DNA from: an uncultured Acidobacteriota bacterium
GTDB lineage: Bacteria; Acidobacteriota; Vicinamibacteria; Vicinamibacterales; 2-12-FULL-66-21
NCBI GenBank assembly: GCA_963839705.1
Contig: CAWIWL010000013.1
Location: 453,950 to 517,949 of the forward strand
Reading direction: 5' to 3'
Length of the DNA: 64,000 nt
The notes under the pieces are model-generated. The model searched no databases. It worked only from the letters and a program-made list of their open reading frames with translations, and was not told the origin of the DNA. Shown here piece after piece: positions 21,341-33,403 of this stretch. The first letter of the stretch is position 1. Each line of letters begins with the position of its first letter. Made by a program: the position numbers and the translations under genes.

Positions 21341-21592
21341 ATGGCACACGAAAGTCTGGCCCTGAGCGAGCGGCGCGTGATCCGCATCGAGAGTGGCGAT
21401 CGTGCGATTGACCCGCTGTACCGATCCTGGACCTGGATGGGAAGCAGCGCCTTCGACATGTCGCCGGACAGCCGGTGGCGGATACTACTCGAGCCGCGGT
21501 ATCCGCAGTTCGTAAAGGCGCTCAAGACGGTCACGGCCAGTGCCGCAGAGCGGTCCCCCCTGGCGCGTGCGCTGATGCAGGCCGATCTGTGA
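21341..21592 (+). CDS. Small hypothetical protein
   Basis: 83 aa, 'MAHESLALSERRVIRIESGDRAIDPLYRSWTWMGSSAFDMSPDSRWRILLEPRYPQFVKALKTV'. Plausible composition, no family recognised. Confidence 0.35.
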   Translation: MAHESLALSERRVIRIESGDRAIDPLYRSWTWMGSSAFDMSPDSRWRILLEPRYPQFVKALKTVTASAAERSPLARALMQADL

Positions 21593-21763
21593 GGCAGTCT
21601 ACGACATGCTGCGCACGCTCCCGCTGATGCGGCCAGGGAGCCGCGGATCCACACCCGATACCGTTGTGCGCACACAACGCATCGAGGAACTTATGCCGTT
21701 GCTGGCCCGCGCGATCCGAGCGTTGGCGCTGACGCGCGCCGAGATCGAAGCGCTGACGGACAA

Positions 21764-24700
21764 TTATGCGGCCGGAGCGCGAGCTGGCGAGCTGCCCGCT
21801 CTCTTCTCACGTGAAAGCGGTTGGAGAACTGCGCTAGCGGAACACCGTCGCGGTAGACCATTCGATTGCGCGCGGTGCTTCGGATGCGATCGCCTGCGGT
21901 GACGATTCCGGCGAGGTTCAGCGGATCAGCTGTGCCAATCGCGAGGAGTCGGCCGTTGCTGGGCGTACGCCGCACTTCGCGCAGTCGCTCGATGGCCTCA
22001 GGCATCGCGAACTGTTCACCCGACATTCCGGATACGAATCGTCCGCCGCGGATCTCCCCGCGCGCCTCGAGCCGGCGGTAGACGCGGGCGAGATCGCGCC
22101 ACGGCGCCACGATGCTCTCCCGAGTCAGCAGGCGGTGGAAGACGACGCCGTAGCGGCGGAGCAGTGCCCACGCTTCGGCCTCGATCACCGCGCTATCCTC
22201 TGCCGCCAGATGGGGAGTGGGGATCGTGCTCCAGCGCCCGGCGAAGCTCGCCCGGCGATCGCGCACGATCGGGCGGCCGGACGCGCGCACCAGGAGCGCC
22301 CTCAGACCCGAGAACCCATCAGAGGCGGCCAGGCCGCTCGCGACGAGCGCGCCGAGCCCTCGGCGTGTGTCTTCGGCGTCGAGGCCGCTCGCGACGCGCA
22401 CGTCGTTGAAGAATGACGCGCCCCTGCTGCGCAGCACGTCCAGCACGCGCCTGGCCGTGTCGGTGAGTCTGCGCTCGGGATCGTCCGCGACGCGCCGCAG
22501 AGCCTGCCAGGCCTCGCTGTGATCGCGTTGAAAAAGCGCGACCGGCGTGGCAGGGGTGAGCTGCGCAGGTTCCGCGAGCGCGACCGACCGCGGCGAGACG
22601 CGCGCCCAGCCGACCTCTCCAGCGAAACACAACATATCGAGCATCGACGGCTCGTAGCCCTCGACGCGGGCAGGAAGGACCGAGCGTTCCCACGCCGCCC
22701 CGGCAAGCTCGAATCCGTCGAGCTGCGTCAGTGCTTCTCGCAGTCCGTCGAGTCCGGCCAGCCGAGCGACGGGATCGAGGTGCTGCCACCTGAAGAGAAA
22801 CCGCATGAAGTCGGCCGGGCTGACCGGCTCGATCTCGGCGCGAAGCCGGTTGAGCGTGTAGCGGTGAATGCGCGCGAGGAGCGCTCGATCGCACCACTCG
22901 ATACCGCCCTGCCTGGGCGGTGAAGCGACCTCGGAGCACCACGCCCTCCGATTCGAGCGCCAGGAGCGCCGCATCTGCCTCCTTCGTGGCAATCGCTAGC
23001 GATCGAGCCAGCTGGTCCGCAGTGGTCGGACCCACCAGGCAAAGACGGCCGCGAACGAGCTCGGCGATCGCGGCGGCCCGCTCCCACTCACGCGCGCGGG
23101 AGAGCGGCGCCGCGATGGGTGGCTCGAGGACTGCCTCCGGGTGAATCGCGAGGAGCTCGGGAAGCCGCTCTGCCGCAACGCTCAGCAGCTCCGTTCGACC
23201 GGTGTCGTCGAGGCGGCAGTGGCAGCTGCGAGAGGCGCCGGCCAGCGCATCGTGAAACGCTCGGGCCCCCTCGCCCATCTCGCTGTCGAGGAGGTAGCCG
23301 CACGTCATGAGCGCATCGTGCAGCTCGTCGGCATTGCGCGGATCCGGGCGCGCCTCGTCGCGGACCCGATCGATTGCCGCCTGGTCGAGCATGCCAAGTT
23401 CGCCGGCGCCGGCGTCGGTCCCGCGTCGCGTCTGAACGGCACGACTCCGACGCTCTTCGAGGGGCGCATCATCGAGAAACGCGTACGGTTTTGCGCCGAG
23501 GATCTCGTGGGCGAACACCGAGGGCTCCGGCGTGTCTCGCGACACGAGCTTCAATTCGCCGCGATGAATCCGTCCCAGCACGGCGTTGAGGCCATCGAGA
23601 TCCATCGCTTCTTCGAGGCAATCACGAACCGTCTGCGCGACGAGCGGGTGATCGGGAATCTGGCGATCGCCGGGGATGTTCTCGAGGCACGCGGCGGCAT
23701 CGGGGAAGACAGAGGCCAGCAGATCCGCGGCCAGCATCCGTTGCACCTGGGGCGCGATCTTCCGCCCGCCTCGCGTGCGCGGAACGGCGAGCGAAATCGT
23801 CGCGTTCCACCGCCACCGCGTCTCGAAGACCGGTGCGTCGAGAAACGCCTGCACGAGCACGTCGCGGGTCGTTTCGGGGTGCAGGTAGCGGAACACGTCC
23901 GAGAGCGGGAACGAGTGCTGAGGGCCGAGAGAGAGCATCAGGCCGTCGTCAGTCGCCGCGGCCTGCAGCTCGAAGTTGAACTGACGGCAGAAGCGCTTTC
24001 GCAGCGCAAGGCCCCAGGCCTTCGTGACGCGGCTGCCGAACGGCGCGTGCAGGACGAGCTGCATGCCGCCAGATTCGTCGAAGAACCGTTCGAGAACGAG
24101 CGTGTTCTGCGACGGAATCACGCCGAGCACCCGCCGTCCATCAGCCAGGTAGGCGACGGCCTGCTCCGCCGCGTCGCTTCTCAGTCCCGTCTCCTCAACG
24201 AGCCACGCCGTCACATCGCGAACCGTCGATTGAGCGGCCGCCGGTGTCTCCTGCGCGAGCCGGCCATCGATCGCCGCGCGCAGATCGCTGACCGCCTTCG
24301 ACAGCTCGTCGCTTCTGGCCGGCGCCTCGCCGAGCCAGAAGGGGATGGTCGGGGGCGCGCCTTTGGCGTCCGCCACGCGCACGGTCCCCGAGGTCACCTG
24401 CAGAATGCGCCACGAGGCGTTGCCAAGTTGAAAGATATCGCCGGCGATCGACTCGATGGCGAAGTCCTCGTTGAGCGTGCCGATGAAGGTCTCTTCAGGG
24501 TCCAGGATGACGCGAAAATCCGCGATCTCGGGAATGGCGCCACCGGATGTCTGCGCCAGCAGCCGGCTGCCGCGCCGCCCGCGGAGGATTGCGTTGACCT
24601 CGTCGCGGTGGATGAGCGCGGCGCGCCGGCCTTTTCTCGTCGAGAATCCTTCCGACGACATGCTGACGACGGCGTCGAACTGCGCGCGTGTGAGATCGCG

Positions 24701-26011
24701 GTATGGCCACGCGCCTCGCACGAGCGCAAAGAGGTCGTCCTCGCGGTACTCGGCGCATGCCGTTTCGGCCACCAGTTGCTGCGCCAGGACGTCGAGCGGC
24801 GCGTCGTGGGCGACGATCGCATCGAGGTCGCCGCGCCGCACCGATCGCAGCAAGGCCGCGCACTCGATGAGGTCGTCGCGGGAAGTCGGAAAAACCCGTC
24901 CCTTGGGGAGTCCCGCGATCGTATGTCCGGATCGGCCCACCCGCTGCAGCAGCGTGGCAATCCGGTGCGGCGATCCAATCTGGCAAACGAGGTCCACGTG
25001 CCCGATGTCGATCCCGAGTTCGAGCGATGCTGTCGCGACGAGGGCCCGCAGGACTCCCGCCTTGAGCCGCGTCTCGGCGTCGAGACGCATCTCCTTGGAG
25101 AGGCTTCCGTGGTGCGCCGTGACGGCGTCGTCGCCCAACCGGTCGCTCAGGTGACGGGCCAGTCGTTCGGCCATCCGCCGGGTGTTCACGAAGATGAGCG
25201 TCGTGCGGTGTGCCGTGACGAGAGCCGCGAGCCGGTCGTGGTACTCATCCCAGACTTCATGGGCCATCACCGCCTCGAGTGGCGCGCCGGGGATTTCGAT
25301 GCCGAGGTCCATCGTGCGGCGATGACCCGTGTCGACGATCGTGCAGGGATCGCCGGACGTTCCGACCAGGAAGCGTGCGACTTCGTCGATCGGCTTCTGC
25401 GTCGCGGAGAGACCAATGCGCAGGAGGGGCCGATCGCACACGTGCTGCAGACGCTCGAGCGACAGGGCGAGATGGGCGCCGCGCCGCGTTCCAATCACGG
25501 CGTGGATTTCGTCGACGATGACCGTGCGGACCGTGCGCAACATGTGGCGGCTGCGCTCGGACGTCAGCAGCAGGTAGAGCGACTCCGGTGTCGTCACCAG
25601 AATGTGTGGCGGCGTTCGAATCATCGCCGCGCGTTCTCCCTGGGTGGTGTCTCCGGTGCGGACAGCCGCAGTGATCCGCGGCGCTGCCAGCCCTTCCTCT
25701 TCGGCGAGCCGCAGAATCTGCCGGCGCGGCTCGGCCAGGTTCTTGTGAATATCTGCGCTCAGTGCCTTGAGCGGCGACACGTACAACACGCGAACCTCGT
25801 CGGGCAGCGGCGAGGTCAATCCCTCGCGCGCGAGCTCGTCAAGGGCGGTCAGGAACGCCGCGAGAGTCTTTCCTGATCCGGTGGGAGCAGCGATGAGCGT
25901 GTGCCGGCCGGCGAAGATCGATTCCCATCCGCGGGCCTGAGCGGCCGTTGGCTCACCGAGTGTGGTCGTGAACCATTGCCGGACGACGGGATGGAAGCGA
26001 GTGAGCGGCAT
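21764..26011 (-). CDS. lhr: Lhr-like large DEAD/DEAH helicase, apparent frameshifts near 22910 and 21845
   Basis: '[38 protein letters not shown]...[20 protein letters not shown]...[16 protein letters not shown]...'. The C-terminal domain continues in another frame: '[43 protein letters not shown]...[16 protein letters not shown]...[12 protein letters not shown]'. The 3' end is approximate. Confidence 0.92.
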
Positions 26012-26080
26012 TGCAGCTGGTACTTCTGCGAAGGGGGAAGACCAGAGTATACCCCCTGAACCTTGAACCCTGAACCGCTC

Positions 26081-27512
26081 TTACTTCCCCAGATACGCGT
26101 AGACCGGCAGTCCGGCCATCAGCAGTAGAAACCCCCAAAAGACGACGTCCGGGCCGGCGCCACCAATGGCGAAAAGCGCGTAGATGAACCCCAGGCCGGA
26201 AAGGATCGTGGCACCAGTCGACCAGCTCATGCTCGGCTCGCGGCGGTGGAGGATGACGCCCGCCAGCGAACAGAAGGTGTACGGTACGAGCGTGCTCAGC
26301 GTGGCGAGCAGGAGGATGAACGTGAAGAGCTCGACGAGGCCGCGCGAGTAGTTCATCGCGACGAGCCCGGTCGAAAGCACCGCGGAGACGATCATCGCGA
26401 CGGCCGGCGTGCCTCGGCGCGACACTCGTGCGAACGCGCCCGGGAACAGTCCGTCCCGCGCGACAGCGAGTGGCACTTGACCGCCGATGAGGACCCACCC
26501 GTTCAACGCTCCAAAGCAGGAGATGGCCGCGCCGATCGCGACGAGGGCGGCTGCGCCATCACCCGCGAGCACGCGGGCCGCGTCCGCGAACGGCGCCGTC
26601 GATTGCGTGAGCGTTGCGGGATCCATCAGGCTCATGACGCCGGCCGTGCTCATCAGGTAGAGGGCCGCCGCCAGCAGCGTCCCGATGACCGTCGCCCGCG
26701 GAATCGTACCGGCGGGGATCGACTGTGCTTCCTGCCGGGACCGTGGCGCATTCGAGGCCGACAAACGCAAACAGCGTGAGCGTGACGGTTGCCAGCACGC
26801 CTTTGCCGATGCCATCCTGCACGCCGGTCAGCGAGAAGTGCGATGGTTCGAACGCCAGCGTGCCGGCGATCCCGATGAGGAGGAGGGGAAGAATCTTGAG
26901 AGTCGTCGTGACAAACTGCACGCGTCCCGCGACGAGCGCCCCGCGACAGTTGACCGCCGTCAGGAGCCATATCGTCCCGACAGCCAGCGACGCCGCCGAC
27001 ACCGGGTTCCTGACGACCGATGGGATGAACGGATCGAGGTAACCGACGAAGGCGACTGCCAGCGCCGCATTCGCGGTCCAGATCGAAATCCAGTAGCCCC
27101 ACGCAACCAGGAAACCCGCGAGGTCTCCGTAGGCCTGGCGCGTGTAGGCGTACGGACCGCCGCTGGCCGGACGAAAGCTGGCAAGTCGCGCAAAGACGAG
27201 CGCGAGGCACACCGACCCCGCCGCCGAGATCACCCAGCCCACCAGGCTCAGCCCGCGATAGGCCGCAAGCGACGCCGGCAGCAGGAAGACGCCCGACCCG
27301 ATCATGTTCCCCATCACCAGTGCGACAGAGATCCACAAGCCGATGACAGGCGGAGCGGAAGTTGATGACGACGCGGGAGAAGCCGGAGGGGACGATGACG
27401 ACGGAGCTGACGAACTGGAACTTGAAAAGGAAGGTTCCGGCGGTACCGTCATCGGCGGCGATGGTAGCACAGCGTCGCTGAGCGGCCCCGTGGACGTCTC
27501 GTGCCCGAACAT
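26081..27512 (-). CDS. APC family amino acid permease, apparent frameshift near 26711, Ser/Pro-rich N-terminus
   Basis: 'VIGLWISVALVMGNMIGSGVFLLPASLAAYRGLSLVGWVISAAG...LFAFVGLECATVPAGSTVDPRR' followed in the next frame by 'TIPRATVIGTLLAAALYLMSTAGVMSLM...'. True start may be internal. Confidence 0.9.
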
Positions 27513-27569
27513 GGAACGGGGCTGGCGAGTTCGGTCGATCCGAACGCGGCCAGCCCCGATTTGACGTGC

Positions 27570-27872
27570 TTACGCGACGACGCGCTTGCGCTTGTCTGGT
27601 GAAGAGTCGTCCGTCACGCGGAGGAGGTTCTCCACGCCAGCCGCGCCGAGGGCGCGGGCGAGGATGTCCGCGCGACGCCGTTCGACGGGCGAGCGCACGA
27701 CGCCCTTGAGCGTCACGTGGCCGTCGTTGACCTCCACGTTGATCACGGTCCGGGTCTTCCCCGAGCCGGTCCAGAACGAGGGGTCCTCTTCGATTTGTTC
27801 GGTAATAACCAGTTGAAGCTCGTCGTCATCGAGCAGGCCCGACTTGGCCCGACGGATAATCTCTGCGCGCAT
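27570..27872 (-). CDS. Small BON-domain protein
   Basis: 100 aa; 'VNDGHVTLKGVVRSPVERRRADILARALGAAGVENLLRV' resembles a BON domain. Confidence 0.8.
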   Translation of the reverse strand: MRAEIIRRAKSGLLDDDELQLVITEQIEEDPSFWTGSGKTRTVINVEVNDGHVTLKGVVRSPVERRRADILARALGAAGVENLLRVTDDSSPDKRKRVVA

Positions 27873-28020
27873 ATCTCTCCTTGAATCCAGCCTAACCCGG
27901 CCTTGATCCCCAACCCGGCCGCGACTCGCCTAAGTCTCGGGGCCCCGGGCGGTTGCAGTTTACCTGATCGATCTACTCTCTTGGACGCTTCCGCGTTTCA
28001 TTTGGCCCCCGCCAGCTCAT

Positions 28021-28146
28021 CCGTAGTGAGATTCGTAGCGTCCGGCTTCCCGCCTTCGCGCAAAGCGCTTCGGCGGGCGCGCCGTAGGCTTGGCGGAGGC
28101 GGGCAGCCGGACCACAGCAAGTCCGCCTGAAGGCGGACACTACGGC
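28021..28146. repeat. Composite nested palindromic repeat (ccgtagtg ... cactacgg outer arms)
   Basis: Contains the 'cccgccttcgcgcaaagcgcttcggcggg..gccgtaggcttggcggaggcggg' module and 'gtccgcctgaaggcggac'. Confidence 0.8.
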
Positions 28147-28166
28147 TCAGGGTGATGCGAAGTAGC

Positions 28167-29567
<1,401 letters not shown>

Positions 29568-29573
29568 TTATCC

Positions 29574-29627
29574 CCCTTCGCGCGAAGCGCTCCGGCGGAT
29601 CCGCCGTAGCCGTGGCGGAGGCGGACC
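29574..29627. repeat. Dispersed GC-rich module, copy upstream of argG and the TonB receptor
   Basis: ccccttcgcgcgaagcgctccggcggatccgccgtagccgtggcggaggcgg. Confidence 0.75.
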
Positions 29628-29667
29628 GTGCTACCATCCGCGACAGTATTCGCGGGAGGAAATCGTG

Positions 29668-32600
29668 ATGTCGATTCGACTGATGCTCCGTGCTCTGGTT
29701 CTTTTCCTGGCCCTTCCCCTGCACGCAACGGCTCAACAAATCACCACCGGCGTCATCCAGGGATCGGTGGCCGACGCGACCGGCGCGAGCCTGCCTGGCG
29801 TGACCGTCGAGGCGCGCAACGTCGATACCAACTTCGGCCGGACGCTGGTGACCGAAGCGGACGGCCGGTTCGTGTTCCTTCAGCTTGCGCCCGGCAACTA
29901 TCGCATGACGTTCACGCTGCCGGGATTTGCGACGCACATCCAGGAGAACATCGTGCTGACCGTCGGTGGTTTGATCACCCTGCCCGTCGCGATGAAGGTA
30001 TCGGGTGTGTCGGAAACGGTGACGGTCACGACCGCGACCGCCGTCATCGAAACGTCGCGAACCGCATCGGCGACGACGCTGAATCAGAACACGATCGAGA
30101 CCATCCCGATCCTGGGCCGGAAGTTCGAGGATCTGCTGACGCTGACGCCGGGCGTGGCGATTGTCCAGGGGGCGGACGGCGACGAGATCAGCTTCGCCGG
30201 GCAGCGCGGCATCTTCAACAACATCAGCCTCGACGGCGGCGACTACAACAACGGGTTCTTCGGCGAGCAGGCGGGGGGACAGCGCGCGTCGATCGACATC
30301 ACGCTCGACGCGATCAAAGAATTCCAGGTCATTGCGACCGGCGCGCCGGCCGAGTTCGGCCGCACCGCCGGGGGCGTCGTCAATGTCGTCACCAAGTCCG
30401 GCACCAACGCCGCCAGGGGCAGCGTGTTCTACTTCCAGCGGCTGGAGGAGCTGACGGGTGATCTGTCCGACGGATCGAAGCTCGAGGGTTTCCACCGCGA
30501 GCAGTACGGCGGCACGGTCGGCGGTCCCATCAAGAAGGACAAGGCGTTCTTCTTTCTGGCGACAGAGGGGATCAACGCGAACTTCGAACGGCCGAATCTG
30601 AGCCGTCAGCTCGGTGACGTCCCGTGTCCCCTGGCGAATCCGACGGTGCCGCAGAACGAGTCGCTCATCAACTCGGTCCCCGACTGCCAGCGGACGGCGC
30701 TGCTTTCTTTCTTCCAGTCGCGGCTGAACATAAACGAAGGTACACCCATCGACCATCCGCAGCGGACGACGGCCATCCTCGGCAAGATCGACGTCGTCGC
30801 CAATGCCAGCAATAACATCTCGGGCTCGTGGAACTTCAACCACTCGCGGAAGACGAACGAAACGTTCGACGTGGCGACTTTCGGCCCGTCGGCGAACGGG
30901 ATCGAGGGCGATCCTGCGCGCATCAACGTGATGAACCTCAACTGGTTCACAACCCTGTCCGCGCGGACGGTGAACGAGGCGCACTTCACATACTCGCGTG
31001 AGAGCCGGCCCCGCACCGCAGCGGGGTCCGGACTCACCGCCGATACCGGCATGGGCTTCGGCCCCTCGTTCCGATTTGGCGATCCGTTTTTTCTCCAGCC
31101 GAACGTCGACGAGCTCATCTGGCGCACGCAGATCAAGGACAGCCTCTCGATCGTCACCGGCAAGCACACCTATAAGGTGGGCGGCGAGTGGATGCACACG
31201 CTGAACGATCAGGTGTTCCGCGGCTTCTTCAACGGCCGCTACATCTTCAGCAGCGTGTCCGGCTTCCTGCGCTACGCGTCGCCAGCTGCGACGGGCGGAT
31301 TCGGTCCGAACACGGTCGGCTGCTCCAACGGCTCCTTTGTCACGTTCCCGGCGGCATGCCCTGCGGGAACGACGACCGACGGAGGGCCGCTCCTCCTCTA
31401 CCTGCAGGGCGCGGGCCGCACCGGCCTGGCGACCGACGCGACCGGCGCATCGGTTATCTCGAACGACGAGTTCTCGCTCTTCGCGCAGGACTCCTGGCAG
31501 GTGCGTTCGAACCTCACCCTGAACTACGGGTTGCGCTGGGACTCGCAGCGGATGCCCGAAACCGTCGATCCGACGACGACCGCGTATGGCGCGTTTCTCG
31601 ACGATCCGACGTTCCCGTCCGACGGCACGATTCCGAGCCAGTGGAGCATGTGGCAGCCGCGCCTTGGCGTCGCCTGGGATGTGAGCAGCAATGGACAGTC
31701 GCTGGTGCGTGCGAGCTGGGGCGTGTACTACGCCCGGCAAAACATGCTGAGCCAGGTCGGATCGGTGACGACCAATGGCCTCCAGCAGCAGACGATCTTC
31801 GCGAACACCCAGAACTTATTGGATTTCGGAGCGCCGACGCCCACGTGGCCGGGCGTCGTGACCCCCGCGCCGCTCCCCGACGGCCAGTTCCCAGACTTCA
31901 GCGGCGTGCGTGTGTTCGATCGCGACTACAAGAATCCGTACGTCCTCGCCTTCAACGTTGCCTTCGAGCAGCAGCTGGCGCCGGACTGGGCGGGGTATGT
32001 CGATTTCATCTGGAACGAGGGCAAAGACCTGACGCGGTTCCTCAACTACAACCGAAGCGGACCTGTGTGCTGCTCGGCCGGTCCAGGAACGGGCAACAGC
32101 TACGACTACACCGGCTCGCCCTGGGGCCTTCAGCTCGACGAGGTGATGGTGACAAACAGCCGGGGGTCGTCGAAGTATCGAGGGCTGACCCTGGGGGTGA
32201 GAAAGCGGCTCTCGAACGGCTTCCAGCTCGAAGGAAACTACGTGCTGTCCAAGGATGAAGACGACGACTCGAACGAGCGCGATCCGTTTACCGACTACAG
32301 CTTCAACTTCTTCGATCTGTCGAAGGATTGGGGTCCATCGAATCGCGACATCCGCCACAAGTTCAACTTCTTCAGCTACTTCATCATCCCGAAGGGGTTC
32401 TGGGCGAACACGCGTGTGCAGTATCGTGGTCCTCAGCCGATCACAGCGGATCCGCGCAGCCTCGACGGCACCGATCGCGGTCGCAACGGAGAGCGTAAGG
32501 ACAACGAGTACTTCTCGTTCGACTGGCGCCTGGGGCGGCCGTTCCGATTCGGCGGGCGCTACGAGATGACGCCGATCCTCGAGATGTTCAACACGTTCAA

Positions 32601-32718
32601 CAACAAGAACCAAATCAACTCGCTGACCACAAACCTGCTCTTCGACTTCTCCGGGTTCCTCCGGACCGGCGTCGGCGATCCAAGGCAGATGCAGCTGGCG
32701 GTGAAGTTCACGTTCTGA
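29668..32718 (+). CDS. TonB-dependent receptor with N-terminal carboxypeptidase-regulatory-like domain (Oar-like)
   Basis: Signal peptide; 'GVIQGSVADATGASLPGVTVEARNVDTNFGRTLVTEADGRFVFLQLAPGNYRMTFTLPGF', a plug-like domain, and a long beta-barrel ending 'QLAVKFTF'. Confidence 0.93.
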   Translation: MSIRLMLRALVLFLALPLHATAQQITTGVIQGSVADATGASLPGVTVEARNVDTNFGRTLVTEADGRFVFLQLAPGNYRMTFTLPGFATHIQENIVLTVGGLITLPVAMKVSGVSETVTVTTATAVIETSRTASATTLNQNTIETIPILGRKFEDLLTLTPGVAIVQGADGDEISFAGQRGIFNNISLDGGDYNNGFFGEQAGGQRASIDITLDAIKEFQVIATGAPAEFGRTAGGVVNVVTKSGTNAARGSVFYFQRLEELTGDLSDGSKLEGFHREQYGGTVGGPIKKDKAFFFLATEGINANFERPNLSRQLGDVPCPLANPTVPQNESLINSVPDCQRTALLSFFQSRLNINEGTPIDHPQRTTAILGKIDVVANASNNISGSWNFNHSRKTNETFDVATFGPSANGIEGDPARINVMNLNWFTTLSARTVNEAHFTYSRESRPRTAAGSGLTADTGMGFGPSFRFGDPFFLQPNVDELIWRTQIKDSLSIVTGKHTYKVGGEWMHTLNDQVFRGFFNGRYIFSSVSGFLRYASPAATGGFGPNTVGCSNGSFVTFPAACPAGTTTDGGPLLLYLQGAGRTGLATDATGASVISNDEFSLFAQDSWQVRSNLTLNYGLRWDSQRMPETVDPTTTAYGAFLDDPTFPSDGTIPSQWSMWQPRLGVAWDVSSNGQSLVRASWGVYYARQNMLSQVGSVTTNGLQQQTIFANTQNLLDFGAPTPTWPGVVTPAPLPDGQFPDFSGVRVFDRDYKNPYVLAFNVAFEQQLAPDWAGYVDFIWNEGKDLTRFLNYNRSGPVCCSAGPGTGNSYDYTGSPWGLQLDEVMVTNSRGSSKYRGLTLGVRKRLSNGFQLEGNYVLSKDEDDDSNERDPFTDYSFNFFDLSKDWGPSNRDIRHKFNFFSYFIIPKGFWANTRVQYRGPQPITADPRSLDGTDRGRNGERKDNEYFSFDWRLGRPFRFGGRYEMTPILEMFNTFNNKNQINSLTTNLLFDFSGFLRTGVGDPRQMQLAVKFTF

Positions 32719-32737
32719 GGGCTTCAATGATCCGGAC

Positions 32738-32836
32738 GCCCGTAGCGCCGAACTTCAGTTCGGCGTGAGCGACCGTGACGCGCAACTAATCGGCGTGAGC
32801 GACCGTGACGCGCAACTAAAGTTGCGCGCTACGGGC
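32738..32836. repeat. Nested palindromic/tandem repeat: two exact 30-bp units inside a gcccgtagcgc/gcgctacgggc stem
   Basis: tcggcgtgagcgaccgtgacgcgcaactaa at 32760-32789 and 32790-32819; palindromes cgccgaacttcagttcggcg and gcgcaactaaagttgcgc at the edges. Confidence 0.9.
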
Positions 32837-32853
32837 GCCTAAAAATCCAAAGC

Positions 32854-33291
32854 CTACTGTGCCCCGCAGGACGACGCACGCATCCGCAGCGACGACACGT
32901 CCATGACGGCCTGATCCGCCGCCTGGCTGGGGATCGACCTGGTGCCGGCGACGGGCGAGCCCCCGCTGAACGTCGCCGGCCCGGCCTTCATGCCCTTGTC
33001 GTCGAGCGCGGAACGTTTGACGATGCCCGTCACCTCGACGAGGTGTCCCTGATGCTTCTTCAGCTCGTCGGTGACGGGCTTCTTGGTCGCGAGACGAAAC
33101 GTGCGTTCCCCGACGTAGGGGCCGCTTTCCACGTCGGTCCGCCGCTGGTCGACCGTCTTGAGCACGCGTCCCGTCAGGCAGCCGACGACGTTCAGCTCGA
33201 TCGAGTCCTTGGGGACCTTCGGTTTCTCTTGCGGGGTCTCCTGAGGGGCAGCGAGCGCGAGCGCGACGAGTATGGCGGCGAGCGGAGTCAT
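32854..33291 (-). CDS. Hypothetical secreted protein
   Basis: Signal-like 'MTPLAAILVALALAAPQETP'; 'IELNVVGCLTGRVLKT...GHLVEVTGIVKRS'. Confidence 0.6.
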   Translation of the reverse strand: MTPLAAILVALALAAPQETPQEKPKVPKDSIELNVVGCLTGRVLKTVDQRRTDVESGPYVGERTFRLATKKPVTDELKKHQGHLVEVTGIVKRSALDDKGMKAGPATFSGGSPVAGTRSIPSQAADQAVMDVSSLRMRASSCGAQ

Positions 33292-33403
33292 GGAGTCACC
33301 TTTCAGGCGCCCCTCGACGATACCACGCCGCGGCCCGAGCCGTGAGGCGAGATCGGCCGCGAGGTGGCGGAGGGGTCATATAATCCTGGGCGCAGGAGGA
33401 TCC

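Noticed and set aside
21606-21902. 98-aa plus ORF overlapping the Lhr 3' end
   Set aside because: Segment '[32 protein letters not shown]' is mildly protein-like, but it overlaps the helicase C-terminus across a suspected frameshift and could not be supported.
23141-25876. 911-aa plus-strand ORF opposite the Lhr-like helicase
   Set aside because: Arg-rich, low-information shadow ORF antisense to a gene with strong helicase motifs; an artefact of high GC third positions.
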